Shown: piece by piece, positions 10,197 through 21,719 of the stretch | Position numbering within the stretch: the first letter of the stretch is position 1 | How the letters are laid out: each line of letters starts with the position of its first letter | The notes under the pieces: generated by a model | Told to the model about the DNA's origin: nothing | Databases searched by the model: none | Seen by the model: only the letters and a program-made list of their open reading frames with translations | Assembly: GCA_963695345.1 (NCBI GenBank) | Contig: OY968769.1 | Coordinates: 32,001 to 96,000, forward strand | DNA: 64,000 nt | DNA from: an uncultured Methanomassiliicoccales archaeon | GTDB lineage: Archaea > Thermoplasmatota > Thermoplasmata > Methanomassiliicoccales > UBA472 | Reading direction: 5' to 3' | Program-made: the position numbers and the translations under genes

Positions 10197-10335
10197 GCAT
10201 GATCGCCGCGGGACAATATGGCTGTCCCGTACCAGGACTCCCTGAAAAAAAGCATCGTCCGGTCGGAATCGTAACTATCTAGGTCAAGGGTTTAGATATC
10301 GCGTTCTTCCATCCTAAGAGGGCTGGTCTGGATGA

Positions 10336-11187
10336 TCACTTGCCGGCCTTCACCTTTTCTTCGTTCCCAGTCTGGATGCCTTTAAGTTTCTTTTCCAGCT
10401 CTGTCTTGGCCCGGCGCAGGTCCTCCTCCATGCGTTTGCGGTCGCTGATGTCGGTTATCATCGCCAAAGTACCGATGTGGTTGCGCGAGTTGTCAAGAAT
10501 GCGGCGGGTCGAGACCACCCCCCACAGTGATGTTCCATCCTTCCGCCGGAACTTGAAATCATTGACGATCGCGGGATCTGGATTGTATTCCAGCCCCTTT
10601 TCCTGCTTCTGTCTTCGCCATTCCGGATCGGTGAACGATATCATCCCTTTCCCGATCATTTCTTCCGGAGCATATCCCAGCATCTCCGCCATCTTGTTGT
10701 TCACGAACACGGTGTTTGAATGCTCGTCCATCAGCCATATGCCCTCGTATGCCGTCTCGACCAGCTGGCGGTACTTCTCCTCGCTCTTCCTCAGTTCCTC
10801 TTCCGCCTTCTTGCGCTCTATGGCATAGCGCATCGTCCGGGCCAGGAGAGCGCCGTCGATATTGCCTTTGACCAGATAGTCTTGCGCCCCTACCTGTATG
10901 GCGTTCAGTCCGGTGGTCTCATCGTCCAAACCAGTGAGCACGATCACCGGTACCGAACTGGCCTTGGACAGGAAGGTCCGGACCGTGTCCAGCCCAACGC
11001 TGTCAGGCAGGTTGAGGTCGAGGAGGACGACATCGAAATGCTCGATGGAAAGCATGCTCAGCCCTTCCCCGAGCCTTTCCGCGCGGGCAAATGTCACCGT
11101 GGCGATGTTCTGGTCGGCCAGTTGCGCACGGATAAGACGGACATCACCCGCGTTGTCCTCGATGATAAGAGCTCTTATGGACCCCAT
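10336..11187 (-). CDS. Response regulator, receiver + PAS domain
   Basis: IIEDN, LLDLNLPD, GAQDYLVK, then a PAS/PAC domain; no DNA-binding output domain. Confidence 0.9.
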   Translation of the reverse strand: MGSIRALIIEDNAGDVRLIRAQLADQNIATVTFARAERLGEGLSMLSIEHFDVVLLDLNLPDSVGLDTVRTFLSKASSVPVIVLTGLDDETTGLNAIQVGAQDYLVKGNIDGALLARTMRYAIERKKAEEELRKSEEKYRQLVETAYEGIWLMDEHSNTVFVNNKMAEMLGYAPEEMIGKGMISFTDPEWRRQKQEKGLEYNPDPAIVNDFKFRRKDGTSLWGVVSTRRILDNSRNHIGTLAMITDISDRKRMEEDLRRAKTELEKKLKGIQTGNEEKVKAGK

Positions 11188-11275
11188 GAATTTCCTTGCC
11201 CCCCGGTCTGTAAAAGCAGTTGTTGCTTTATAACACTTTCAACCGGGGGTATTGACCCATGTCAAACAGGGACGT

Positions 11276-12082
11276 TTACGCCAGTCGGGCCTGCCTCAGG
11301 TTTGCCATCGACTGCACCAAAGAAAGGGCGGTCTTGGTCTCGACCAGGACCCGGGCGTTCCTCTCCCGGGCGAAGTTCAGCATGGCTGGTATATCGATCT
11401 CCCCGGTCATCAGGACCTGGTGGTCGCTCTTCCCGTCATAGTCGTGCAGGTGCATGTGGGCGATGCGGTCCGCGTGCCTCATCAGGACCGGACGCTCCTG
11501 GTAGCGGACCTTGGCGTCGTGCCCGGTGTCCCAGGTGATCTTGAACCCGTCCAGCTTGGAAAGTTCGTCCAGCGCGTCCGAGACGAAAGGGAGCTGGAAG
11601 TTGCTGGAGTTCTCCGTGCAGACCATGACCCCATTGGACTTACCCAGGTCTATCAGGTAGGACATGGACTCGACCAGCGTCTCCTTGAAGCGGTCACGGT
11701 ACTGGTCGAATATCCAGACCTGGTGGTCGGGGAGGGTGAAATAGACGCCCCGGTTGATGTGGATGTTCAAGAGCTTGGCGCCGGACTCGGCGCACCATTC
11801 CAGCGCTTCCACGCATCTTTGCACATGACCTTTCCGTACGGTGTCATGGAACGAGGCCAGGTCGACCTCGTCGTGGGCATGCATGGTAAATTCGATGCCG
11901 TGGGCCTCCGCTGCCTCCCTTACTTTCTTCGCTGGAAGGTTCTCCGGAAAGCTGTAGGGCATGTTCATGTTCAGCTCGATGAAATCGAATCCCAGGCGTG
12001 AGCATAATGCAACGTTCTCTTCCAGGCTCGAGTACTCGATCAATGCCGGCATGCCCAGGGGCAGCCCCTTTTTCGCAGACAC
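11276..12082 (-). CDS. Sugar phosphate isomerase/epimerase (AP endonuclease 2 TIM barrel)
   Basis: GFDFIEL, TEN, WDTGH, HMHLHD..G..DH. Confidence 0.85.
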   Translation of the reverse strand: MSAKKGLPLGMPALIEYSSLEENVALCSRLGFDFIELNMNMPYSFPENLPAKKVREAAEAHGIEFTMHAHDEVDLASFHDTVRKGHVQRCVEALEWCAESGAKLLNIHINRGVYFTLPDHQVWIFDQYRDRFKETLVESMSYLIDLGKSNGVMVCTENSSNFQLPFVSDALDELSKLDGFKITWDTGHDAKVRYQERPVLMRHADRIAHMHLHDYDGKSDHQVLMTGEIDIPAMLNFARERNARVLVETKTALSLVQSMANLRQARLA

Positions 12083-12206
12083 GGGACCTGTGATTCTGGA
12101 GCTTGTATTAAAAAATGGGTGACAAACTTACGCCATTTGATTCCATTCATACTCACCGGATTTCAGGAGGTACCAAGTCGGTTTCGGGCGGCGCGGGAAA
12201 AAGGCC

Positions 12207-13454
12207 TCATTCCCTCCGGATCCGCACCGACCGGGCGTGAGCGTGCAGCCCTTCCGCTGTGGCAAGTCCCTCGACGGTATCGCCTAGCCTCTCCAACCCC
12301 CCTCGGTCTATGATCTGGACGGTGGAGGTCTTGCAGAACATGGCGACGTTCAGACCGGAATAGAGCCGGGCGTAGCCAGCGGTCGGCAGGACGTGGTTGG
12401 TGCCGGAGGCATAGTCGCCGCAGGCCACGGCGGTGTAGGGGCCGACGAAGATCGAACCGGCGTTGCGCACGCCCGAAAGGACGCCCATCTGGTCCCTCAC
12501 CTGGATCGACAGGTGCTCCGGGGCGATGTCGTTGATGATGGCGATCGCCTTGTCCATGGAATCGGTGATGACGTAACCGGCGTTCCCCATGGACCTCTCG
12601 ATGATGACTTTCCTCTCTGCTCCGGGCAACGTTCGGTCGATCTCCCTGCCCACCGCCATCGCCAGATCGGTGGATGTGGTGACCAGGATGCAGGCGGCGT
12701 TGGGATCGTGCTCCGCCTGGGCCAGCACATCCGCCGCCACGAACCTCGGATCGGCCGAATCGTCGGCTATGATGGCTACTTCGCTCGGACCGGCCGGGAA
12801 ATCCATCTCCGCCTTGTCCCGCAGCAGCATCTTGGCGGCGGTGACGTAGACATTGCCAGGACCGACGATCTTCTGCACCGGGGCGATGCTCCCGGTCCCC
12901 ATCGCCATGGCGGCGATGGCCTGGGCCCCGCCGATCTGGTATATCTCATCGACTCCGGCGATGTCCATCGCCACCAGCGTCAGCGGGTTCACCGGTGCCG
13001 GGGTGCAGGCGACGACGCTTCGCACGCCTGCCACCTTGGCCGGGATGGCGCACATCAGAGCGGTGCTGGGATATGACGCCCTCCCTCCCGGGACGTATGC
13101 GCCGATCCGGTCCAGGGGCGTGGTCTTGACCCCCAAGGTTACACCTGGCTCCACCTCTTTCAGCCACAGGTCGTTCGGTTTCTGGAGCTCGTGGAAACGG
13201 CGGATGTTGGCCGCGGCATGACGGATAAGCGCTACCAGCTTCGGGTCGACATGATCGTAGGCCGCTTTGATCTCGTCCTTGCCGACCGCCACACTTGAGA
13301 GCTTCACCTTGTCGAACTGTTCGGTGAAAGCGATGAGCGCCCGGTCCCCGTTCCGGCCCACCTCCTCGATGATGCCAGTGACTGCCGGACGTACGTCCTG
13401 GAGACCTGCCTTCCTTTTCTCCATCCACTGACCGGGCTCGAGCGCCTGCCACAT
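12207..13454 (-). CDS. hisD: Histidinol dehydrogenase
   Basis: YVPGGRASYPST, GPGNVYV, AGPSE, QAEHD, PEHL, GDYASGTNHVLPT. Confidence 0.98.
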   Translation of the reverse strand: MWQALEPGQWMEKRKAGLQDVRPAVTGIIEEVGRNGDRALIAFTEQFDKVKLSSVAVGKDEIKAAYDHVDPKLVALIRHAAANIRRFHELQKPNDLWLKEVEPGVTLGVKTTPLDRIGAYVPGGRASYPSTALMCAIPAKVAGVRSVVACTPAPVNPLTLVAMDIAGVDEIYQIGGAQAIAAMAMGTGSIAPVQKIVGPGNVYVTAAKMLLRDKAEMDFPAGPSEVAIIADDSADPRFVAADVLAQAEHDPNAACILVTTSTDLAMAVGREIDRTLPGAERKVIIERSMGNAGYVITDSMDKAIAIINDIAPEHLSIQVRDQMGVLSGVRNAGSIFVGPYTAVACGDYASGTNHVLPTAGYARLYSGLNVAMFCKTSTVQIIDRGGLERLGDTVEGLATAEGLHAHARSVRIRRE

Positions 13455-13522
13455 GAAGGGGAGATACCTGGACGGGTAAATCTAGGTTTGGGGGGCAGGA
13501 TCGCGACCCGTCCAAGAGAACC

Positions 13523-16500
13523 CTATTTGTTCCTCTCCCTGGGGATCGTAAAGTGGAACGTCGCCCCGTTCCCTTCCTCTGACTCCACCCAGATGCGGCC
13601 CCCATGCCGTTCCACAATCTTCTTTGCGATGGCCAATCCGACTCCGGTCCCCGGGTACCGGTCCTGGGTGTGAAGTCTCTGGAACATCTGGAATATCCTA
13701 TCGGAGTACTCGGTGTTCAGTCCGATGCCGTTGTCCTTGACCGAGAAGGTCCAATCCCTCCCGCTCTGCTTGGCCGTGACCTGGACGATGGGCCTTTCCG
13801 ATCCGCGGAACTTGATAGCATTCCCCACCAGGTTCTGCATCAGCTGGAGCATCTGAGATCCGTCGGCCTTGATGTATGGCAATGGGCCCACGAAGATGTC
13901 CGCCCGGTTCTCCTCGATAGGCACCCTGAGCACCTTCAGGGTATCCTCCAGCACCTCGCCCATGTTGACCGAGGCGAACTCCTTGCCCTTCGTTTCCACC
14001 CTCGAGTATTCCAGCAGGTCGTCTATGAGCTGGCGCATCCTGGCGCCGCCCTCCAGCGCGTTCTCGATGTACTCATGGGCGTTCGTATCCAGTTGGCCCT
14101 TGTACTTTCTCTCCAGCAGGGAAATGTAGCTGACCATCATGCGCAATGGTTCCTGTAGATCATGAGAGGACAGATAGGCGAACTGCTGCAGGTCCGCGTT
14201 GGAGCGGATGAGGTTCTCCTCGATCCTCTTCTGGTCGGTTACGTTTATGTTCACGCCGACCCAACCCAGGATCTTGTTTCCATCGTCCCTTATGGGGGCC
14301 CCTCTGGACAGGACGTAGTGATCTTGACCGTCCTTACCGATAATGTGGTGCGTGCGGTTCCAGAACTCACCGGTCTTGACACACTTTTCCCATTCGGATA
14401 CTGTTTGATCAACCGTATCCTGGTCCAGGGTGTCTAGCCATCCGAGCCTAAGGACCTCCTCTTCGCTCTTGCCCACAAGCTCGCAGAAAGAAGGGCTGAC
14501 GTAGGTGGCCAGACCCCGTGCGTCCGCCGTCCATATGCCGAATGGAATCAGCTCGCCGATGCTCCGGTACGTCTTCTCACTCTTCTTGAGCTCTTCCTCC
14601 GCCTTCTTCCGTTCGGTGATGTCCCTGCTCACTCCCACCAGGTATACCGGTTTTCCCTGATCGTCGCGTACCAGTTTACGCCTGTCGCTGAACCACCGGT
14701 ACTCCCCGCTCTTGACCTTCCACCGGTATTCGACCGGTTCGTTCCATTCCTCCCCTGCGGCGATCCTGCGCTGGTGGGCGACGGACGCTTCGCGGTCGTC
14801 CGGATGCACCCGTTCATATGTTTCTTCAGCGGAGATCCCCTGCAATTCCTTGGCGTCGAATCCAGTGAGCTTCATCTGGGCAGGGCTGAGGAACACATAG
14901 CGACCGGTGGTCAGATCGAGCATATTGATGCCGTCCAAAGAGTTCTCCAGCACCGTCCGGAAGTTATGCTCAGTATCTCTCAGTGCCTCTTCCATCCTTC
15001 TCCGGTCTGTGATGTCGATCCCCGTGACGATGACATTGTCTTTACCGAGCGGTGCAAATGTGACGAGGTAATCACGACCGTTTCCTTCATTGTGTATCTC
15101 CTCGGTCACCGGCTTTCCTTCGGCCTTCATCCACCGGACGTCGTTTAGACCGATTGCCGTCATCTGAGTGGCTGTTGCCTTATTGCTCGCTGCCAGTCTC
15201 GCCTCGTCTAGGGAACTGACACCCATCACCTTGAGGGCGGCGGGATTTGCATCGACAAGAATTGCGTCCGCGATATCCCCTTTTTCATCGTAGATGAGCT
15301 GTCGCAGGATTACCGACTCCTGAAGGTTCTCGATCAGACTGCGATATTTGGCTTCGCTTTCAATAAGAGCGATCTCCGCCAGCTTACGTTCGGTTATGTC
15401 CTCGGACGTGGATACAAAATATCCCTTTTGCGGAGAATACACGGAATAATGAAACCATTTCTTCTCTAATTGGGAGAATACCTCGAAGTCGGCCTGTTCC
15501 ATTTCCTGGGCAACCTTGCCGAACCTGCCTATGAGGTCCATCGGATCGTTCTCGATCCCAGGAAGCACCTGGGTCGCCTTCTTTCCAATGATCTCCCCCT
15601 TCGTGATCGTGAGACCATGGTTCTTTTCGAAAGCCAGGTTTACATCGAGATAGGTGTAGTCGACCGGTTTTCCTATCTCGTCCGTGATGACCTTACAATA
15701 GGTAAAGCCGTTCAACATCTTATCGAATAGGGTGGCTATCTGTTCACGGTCATTTCGGAAAGCGTCCGCCCATCGTTTCGAGACACCAGAATCCGCCTTC
15801 TGCCCGGAACTCCGGTCGAGGACCGCCAGGATGAAGAAAAGACCGGAAAAGTACAGTCCCAGTCTTCCTAACCAGTTCATCGGATCCCCGATATTGACCG
15901 TGAATACAAGGCCGATCAACGATACTGCGAATGAAATGATCCCAAGCGAATACCAGTATAATAACGATGATCTGGATCTGATGTAGGCCCAGCCGAACAA
16001 GCCGCAAGCTACCGCCAGAAGCGCCCCGGATGACGCCAATACTATCTGACGCCATACGGTCGACACTCCATCGGTGAAGAACACCGGAAGCACGCCGAAA
16101 AGGGCTGCTGTAATCACACCTACCATCAGGATGATTACAATGGGAATTGATACGCCGAGGATCAACTTTCTGGAAACATCGGACGGCAATCTTTCTCGAG
16201 GGATGAATAACAGGATCGCACTGATGAACAGAATGAATGAGGAAATCAGTATGCCCATGTTCCCGATGGTGACCGCCTGATTGACTGTGAAGGCCAAACC
16301 TGAGGAGGGGGTGATCGAATATTGGGCGATCATAAGCATCGTGCCGCTGGCCATGGGGGCGATGCCGACGAGCAGCGTGTTCAGGGAACCGAACAGCAAG
16401 TATGCCCTTGCCGAGACAATAGCCAGCAGGATACCAACACAGAATACGAAGACGATCTGCAGGATCAGTGCCAGATAAGGAGGGTCAAAAACCGGTCCCC

Positions 16501-16600
16501 GGAAATCAATAAGCGCCAATAGCCCCGCCAGGACGGCGATGACCGCAACTGGGACGAAACCGGCCATTTTCAATCGCTTCTGCGACCCGGGGCTGTCCAT
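13523..16600 (-). CDS. Membrane sensor histidine kinase (multi-TM domain, multiple PAS, HisKA, HATPase)
   Basis: About 8 TM helices, about 4 PAS/PAC repeats, SHDLQEPLR H-box, NLVGNAIKF, DNGIG, GTGVGL. Confidence 0.95.
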   Translation of the reverse strand: MDSPGSQKRLKMAGFVPVAVIAVLAGLLALIDFRGPVFDPPYLALILQIVFVFCVGILLAIVSARAYLLFGSLNTLLVGIAPMASGTMLMIAQYSITPSSGLAFTVNQAVTIGNMGILISSFILFISAILLFIPRERLPSDVSRKLILGVSIPIVIILMVGVITAALFGVLPVFFTDGVSTVWRQIVLASSGALLAVACGLFGWAYIRSRSSLLYWYSLGIISFAVSLIGLVFTVNIGDPMNWLGRLGLYFSGLFFILAVLDRSSGQKADSGVSKRWADAFRNDREQIATLFDKMLNGFTYCKVITDEIGKPVDYTYLDVNLAFEKNHGLTITKGEIIGKKATQVLPGIENDPMDLIGRFGKVAQEMEQADFEVFSQLEKKWFHYSVYSPQKGYFVSTSEDITERKLAEIALIESEAKYRSLIENLQESVILRQLIYDEKGDIADAILVDANPAALKVMGVSSLDEARLAASNKATATQMTAIGLNDVRWMKAEGKPVTEEIHNEGNGRDYLVTFAPLGKDNVIVTGIDITDRRRMEEALRDTEHNFRTVLENSLDGINMLDLTTGRYVFLSPAQMKLTGFDAKELQGISAEETYERVHPDDREASVAHQRRIAAGEEWNEPVEYRWKVKSGEYRWFSDRRKLVRDDQGKPVYLVGVSRDITERKKAEEELKKSEKTYRSIGELIPFGIWTADARGLATYVSPSFCELVGKSEEEVLRLGWLDTLDQDTVDQTVSEWEKCVKTGEFWNRTHHIIGKDGQDHYVLSRGAPIRDDGNKILGWVGVNINVTDQKRIEENLIRSNADLQQFAYLSSHDLQEPLRMMVSYISLLERKYKGQLDTNAHEYIENALEGGARMRQLIDDLLEYSRVETKGKEFASVNMGEVLEDTLKVLRVPIEENRADIFVGPLPYIKADGSQMLQLMQNLVGNAIKFRGSERPIVQVTAKQSGRDWTFSVKDNGIGLNTEYSDRIFQMFQRLHTQDRYPGTGVGLAIAKKIVERHGGRIWVESEEGNGATFHFTIPRERNK

Positions 16601-17176
16601 TGGGTTCCTCTTTCACTTAATTTGTCATAATCGGTTATCGATCATTTATCTATTGAATGGGATATGAAATCCTCGATGCCGTCAGGGAGATCGGATCCTG
16701 TGCGATGTCAAATCCCAGCCGTTCAATATTGAACACGGAGCTACCTATAACCTTGCCTTATTGGGTCCGTGAGATGGTTGTATCGCGGACGGGCAACGGT
16801 GAGAATGAAACAGGAATCGTCAGTTCATGGGTCAATTCGGTGCCTGCCCATGCATTGAAGGCATAAGACAACAGGACCCTTCACATATCAAGAGTCCAAA
16901 AGGTATGAACCCGAGGACTGGCCTGCGTTTGGAGTCTGATCGTCGAATTCCAAAACATTGTCCTTGGCTGGAGCGCCTGGGTATTTTTGCAGTAGCAGTC
17001 TGGATGAGAGAATACCAATCCTGCAGATAGACCACTAAGTCGCCCAATCCGTTGACTTGTTCCGTGCCGGAAACCACAGATATCCGTCGATCGCCGGGAG
17101 GACGGAATCGATGCTCTGAACCCTATCCGTGTGGCCAGATGAGCCTCGTTTTCAGCCTTCCCGCGTCAAAGTGAGC

Positions 17177-17956
17177 TTATCCAGAACCATTTCCACCCGG
17201 AGCTTCCTTCGTCTCGCCCCCGGTAAGGATGGGCACCTTCACATAGTATCGTCTATCCTTTGTCCCGGTAACTGTCTGGGTCGGCGCCACCATTTTGAAC
17301 TGGAAAGCCGGACCCAACTCCTTGGCCCTGGCCCATTCACTGAGGAAATCGGCCGCTCCCCTCGCGTTCATCTCAACCGCCATCAGAAGCATGTCCATCG
17401 ACTCGTCGTCGGGAATCCTCTCCTCAACATTCGGGTCATCGATATCGAAAAACAGCATCTCCCTGACCAGTCCGGGAATGTCCTTGCCACTTCGGGAGAG
17501 TATGTCCTTGAAGCGGGAGAAATCGATGTCCGATGGTTCCCTGCCCAGCATTTTCTTGACCGACTGGAAAAGCGCCTCGGATTTGCCGGCCTCCCGTAGA
17601 ATCTCATCGACCGCTTCGGCGCTGGTCATCCCGGTGCTCGAATAGTAATCGACAACCTTGACCATGGGGTCTCTGGCCGTCACTGCCCGTTCGCAATCCT
17701 TGAGCAGCCTCATGAGCGTTCCGAGCTCGCTGACGCCCATCAGGAGGTTTGCGTATCTAAGCCTCCGTTTCCCGGCGTACTCCGTTTGCACCGACAATGC
17801 CTTGTAGGCGTTCACATACTCGATAACATGGCCTGCCAATTCAAGCGCCTTGAGATGGGCGGTGTCGACCTTAAGCTCGAGATCGTCCTTGACTCGGGAC
17901 ATTAGGGTTCGCATGGGTCGAGAGGTCATTAATCTTTTGTCATGGTCGAAAGGCAC
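17177..17956 (-). CDS. Hypothetical protein
   Basis: 259-aa ORF with genome-like composition filling a gap; no recognisable motif. Confidence 0.6.
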   Translation of the reverse strand: MPFDHDKRLMTSRPMRTLMSRVKDDLELKVDTAHLKALELAGHVIEYVNAYKALSVQTEYAGKRRLRYANLLMGVSELGTLMRLLKDCERAVTARDPMVKVVDYYSSTGMTSAEAVDEILREAGKSEALFQSVKKMLGREPSDIDFSRFKDILSRSGKDIPGLVREMLFFDIDDPNVEERIPDDESMDMLLMAVEMNARGAADFLSEWARAKELGPAFQFKMVAPTQTVTGTKDRRYYVKVPILTGGETKEAPGGNGSG

Positions 17957-18303
17957 TTAACATGCCATAATGATGTTCCGATCGACACGTTTTCCTGTCA
18001 ATTGGCATTCATATTCCAAAAGTAAAGGGGCGTTCAATAGTTAACAGGCCGAAAAATATCGACAACCGATAATGTAACTATCAATTGTGATAGAGGTAAC
18101 TTTCATCATTATATACGCTAAACGACACAACACACATTGCGGTTCGCCGGGAAGCGAATCAGGGTCAGGACTTATCACAAAATGACCCGGGGAAATGTCC
18201 GTAGAGCGGACAGGTTGGAGATAATCGATGAAAGATGAATTAGCGTTAGCCATTGCCTTTGATCTGAACATGAACGACGTTGGTTCCAGAGGGGGTGCGC
18301 CTG

Positions 18304-20610
18304 ATGGAGTCTAGCGCGGGGATAACCAATGCCTTCCCAGAAAGCTCAGGGAGCGATTTCGCCGAGAACATCATCCGGACGCTGCCCATCCCCATGATAC
18401 AAGTTGACCGGTCCAACGTCATCATCTACATGAACCCGGCCGCCCTGCGAATGGCTGGGAAGAGCGAGGACCAGGTCCTGGGCCGCAAGTGCCGGGACGT
18501 GATGGGACCGCTGTGCAAGAAGGCCGATTGCATGTCCGAACGGTCGATCCGGGAAGGCGCGACGGTCTCGGAGGAGATGGCATTCAGTCTTGCCGGCAAG
18601 GATCATATCTACAATGTTCTGTCCGTCCCGATCACCTCGTCAGAGGGTAAGAACCAGGGCGCCGTCGAGCATTTCACCGATATGAACCAGGAGATGGAGA
18701 TCGTCAAGGACGCGGTGGCGATCAAGGATGCCGCGAACCGAGGTGATCTTTCCATAAGATGCGACCTTTCGAAATATGAAGGGGTCTGCAAACAGGTGGC
18801 AGATAGCTTCAACGCCACGATGGAATCGGTCCTGCGGCCTCTCAATATCGCCATCGAGGTGTTCAGGAAGCTGGCGGAAGGTGCCTCCCCGGGCGCGATC
18901 GAGGAAGATTGGGAAGCCGACCTCAAGAAGCTGAAGGACTGCATCAACACCGTCAGGAACACCATCTCGGCGAGGTCCAAGGACATCGAGATGCTGATCG
19001 GTGCCGCGGATGAGGGAAAACTGTCCCTCCGCGCGGACATCTCCAAGTACAGTGGGTACAACGGGACCCAGGTAGGCGGTATCAACCGGATGCTGGATAA
19101 GATGGTATACCAGATGGACTTCGCCATCAACTCCTTCGATGCCTTGGCCAAGGGAGAGACACCGAAGAGGATAGAGGATACCTGGAAGGGGGATTATGAA
19201 AAGCTCAGGTCCGCAATCAACATGGTGGCGGGAAACGTGGCAATGAGGTCCAAGGACATCGACATGCTCATCAAGGCGGTGCATGAGGGAGATCTGAGCG
19301 TAAGGGCCGACGCCAGCAAGTACGTCGGATACAATGGAAAACAGATCGAGGGGCTGAACGCCATTCTCGAGAACATGCGCCAGCCATTGGTGGAATCGAT
19401 CCGGTTGGCCGAGGCTTATGCAAGTGGAGACCTTACTGCCCGGACAGAGTTGGACTCGAAGGGCGATTTCCAGAAACTGGCATTGGCATTGGACAATGTC
19501 GGCCAGAACCTTATGGGATTGGTCGGAGAGGTCAGGAGGGCGGTTGATGTCGTTTCCTCCACCTCTCAAGAACTGGCATCCTCCTCTGAGGAGATGAACG
19601 CCAGCACGGAGCAGGTCTCATCGGCCATCCAGCAGATAAGCAAGGGAGCGCAGGCACAGTCCATCAAGGTCGATGACTCGGCACGCTCCATGAAATTGAT
19701 CGCCCGATCGGTAGAGGATGCCAACAGACAGATGGAGAAGGCCTCCGGATTGGCCAAGGGGGCCACCGACAAAGCATCCGCGGGTATGATCATAGTGGAC
19801 GGAACGGTTGCCAAGATGGAGATCATCCAGAAGGTGGTATCGGAAAGTGCCGGGGCGATCGAAAGGCTGGGTAAGAGGTCCGAAGAGATCGGGGAGATCG
19901 TCGATGTGATCACCACGATCTCGGAACAGACCAACCTGCTCGCGCTCAACGCCGCCATCGAAGCGGCGAGGGCTGGAGACCAGGGAAGAGGGTTTGCCGT
20001 CGTCGCTGAGGAAGTGAAGAACCTGGCCGAGGATTCCAGGGAAGCGGCCGAGCGCATTGCCAAGATGATCCGGGAGGTGCAGAACGACACCACCAAGGCG
20101 GTCGATGCCATGAAGCGCGGCACATCGGAGACCGCTGAAGGCATGATCCATGTGGCGCAGACCGGCAGCGCCTTCAAAGAGATCCTGGACATCACCAACC
20201 ATTTCGTCGGGTCCATGGATGCGCTCACCAAGCATATGGCGAGCCAGAGCCAGGACGCCGTCCTTGCCGCAAAGGCGGTGGAGAGCATCGCCAGCATATC
20301 CGATGAGACGGCATCCGCGAGCGAGGAGTCGGCGGCATCGACCGAGGAACTGACGGCGAGCATGCAGGACCTGACCGCACGGGCCCAAACACTGGCGGAA
20401 ATGGCGACCAACATGCATGTGTCGGTTTCCCAGTTCATCATTGACGATGCGAATGAGAAATCGGCACCGGCAAAGCAGTCATCGGCGTCAGGCAAGCCGG
20501 TGGTAGGCTCGGGCCGGTCAAAGGAACCGGCCGGAACCAAGGTGCCGGACAAGGTCAAGATGGCCTTGGACCGCAGAGGGGTTGGAGGAGTAGCCAAGGG
20601 AAAAGCGTGA
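18304..20610 (+). CDS. Soluble methyl-accepting chemotaxis protein (PAS, repeated HAMP-like units, MA domain)
   Basis: [34 protein letters not shown] signature; no TM segment. Confidence 0.95.
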   Translation: MESSAGITNAFPESSGSDFAENIIRTLPIPMIQVDRSNVIIYMNPAALRMAGKSEDQVLGRKCRDVMGPLCKKADCMSERSIREGATVSEEMAFSLAGKDHIYNVLSVPITSSEGKNQGAVEHFTDMNQEMEIVKDAVAIKDAANRGDLSIRCDLSKYEGVCKQVADSFNATMESVLRPLNIAIEVFRKLAEGASPGAIEEDWEADLKKLKDCINTVRNTISARSKDIEMLIGAADEGKLSLRADISKYSGYNGTQVGGINRMLDKMVYQMDFAINSFDALAKGETPKRIEDTWKGDYEKLRSAINMVAGNVAMRSKDIDMLIKAVHEGDLSVRADASKYVGYNGKQIEGLNAILENMRQPLVESIRLAEAYASGDLTARTELDSKGDFQKLALALDNVGQNLMGLVGEVRRAVDVVSSTSQELASSSEEMNASTEQVSSAIQQISKGAQAQSIKVDDSARSMKLIARSVEDANRQMEKASGLAKGATDKASAGMIIVDGTVAKMEIIQKVVSESAGAIERLGKRSEEIGEIVDVITTISEQTNLLALNAAIEAARAGDQGRGFAVVAEEVKNLAEDSREAAERIAKMIREVQNDTTKAVDAMKRGTSETAEGMIHVAQTGSAFKEILDITNHFVGSMDALTKHMASQSQDAVLAAKAVESIASISDETASASEESAASTEELTASMQDLTARAQTLAEMATNMHVSVSQFIIDDANEKSAPAKQSSASGKPVVGSGRSKEPAGTKVPDKVKMALDRRGVGGVAKGKA

Positions 20611-20617
20611 TACCAGT

Positions 20618-20654
20618 CTGAGACGGAAAGGGGGAACACGCCTTTCCGTCCCAG
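20618..20654 (+). terminator. GC-rich hairpin just downstream of the MCP gene
   Basis: CTGAGACGGAAAGG / CCTTTCCGTCCCAG inverted repeat. Confidence 0.5.
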
Positions 20655-20821
20655 GCCAACGGTGGGCAGTATCGGATCAACCACCCGTCATCGATCCATC
20701 GCTTATTTCGTGCCGTGAGGATGATTCCGATGACGGGCGCCATTCATCCGCCCATCCTTTTTTCCGATGCGAGGTAACAATTAATTCATGCTAAACATTG
20801 GATGCTAAAATTAATCGCAAC

Positions 20822-21328
20822 ATGAAAACATACTGGGCAGCCATCATTCCGAACGTTCTAGGAGCGATCATGGCCGCCGCTCCCTGGACCTTCGCACCGA
20901 TATGCGAGCGGCAGAACATGTGAGTCATGACAGCGGCGGGCAAGCAATTGCCGATGTCCAGCGGATGCACCGCGAGAGCAGAGATGGGCGTGGGATTTAT
21001 GATCATCTTCAGCGGCGCCGCCTTGATGTTCGTCAAGACGGTAAACCCAATGAGAGCGGTTGGCGCGTTCACCGGAGCCCTTGGCGTCCTCGCCATCGCC
21101 TTACCCGCCTACATGACCGGGATGTGCGCCGTCGCCTCCCACTCCTGCAGGACGACCACTGAGCCGACCCTCATATTGACAGGTCTGGCGACGGTAGCGG
21201 TAGGCGTCGGAAAGGTGCTGATCAGACAGAAATGGAAAACTGATCTCAGATGCGCTTCCGGTATTCGTTCAGGAGCGCCTCTGAGTATTCCTTCTCTGCT
21301 TTCGGAGGAACATAGTCACGCTCCTTAA
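20822..21328 (+). pseudogene. DUF4418-like membrane protein interrupted by an in-frame TGA
   Basis: MKTYW...PWTFAPICERQNM*VMTAAGKQLPM...TARAE...TGMC....HSC; TGA at 20921; 3' end overlaps the convergent gene. Confidence 0.65.
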
Positions 21329-21518
21329 TTCGATTCAGAAGTTCACGCTGGATCTCGGTGTCGCCTTCCAAGTTCAATGACAGGACCTCGTTCATCACGT
21401 CGTCAAGGCACGAAATGCCCACGTCCTTACCTCCAACGCTCAGCGTGGCGGTCTCATTGACCGGATACTCAAGCTGGTCGCCGCAACGATGACACTCCTT
21501 TTTCTCTGGCATCTGCAC
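21246..21518 (-). CDS. Small hypothetical protein
   Basis: CxxC N-terminus, VGG..VGI..LD, YVP..AE.EY..ALL.EY. Confidence 0.65.
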   Translation of the reverse strand: MQMPEKKECHRCGDQLEYPVNETATLSVGGKDVGISCLDDVMNEVLSLNLEGDTEIQRELLNRIKERDYVPPKAEKEYSEALLNEYRKRI

Positions 21519-21719
21519 AACTCCTGCATACGAGTTGTTTGGATGTAGTTAAAATGCTTTTCTTATCTTGCACGCCTGGATGCGAAATAACGACGTAGCC
21601 TAGGAACAAATCGCAAAGTGATGATCGCGGATGCAACTGGCCTTAGTTACGGAAGAACAGTTTTCGTAATGGATTTGCCAAGGCATCATAAGTGGAGGCC
21701 AACCAAAAGAAGTTCTAGG

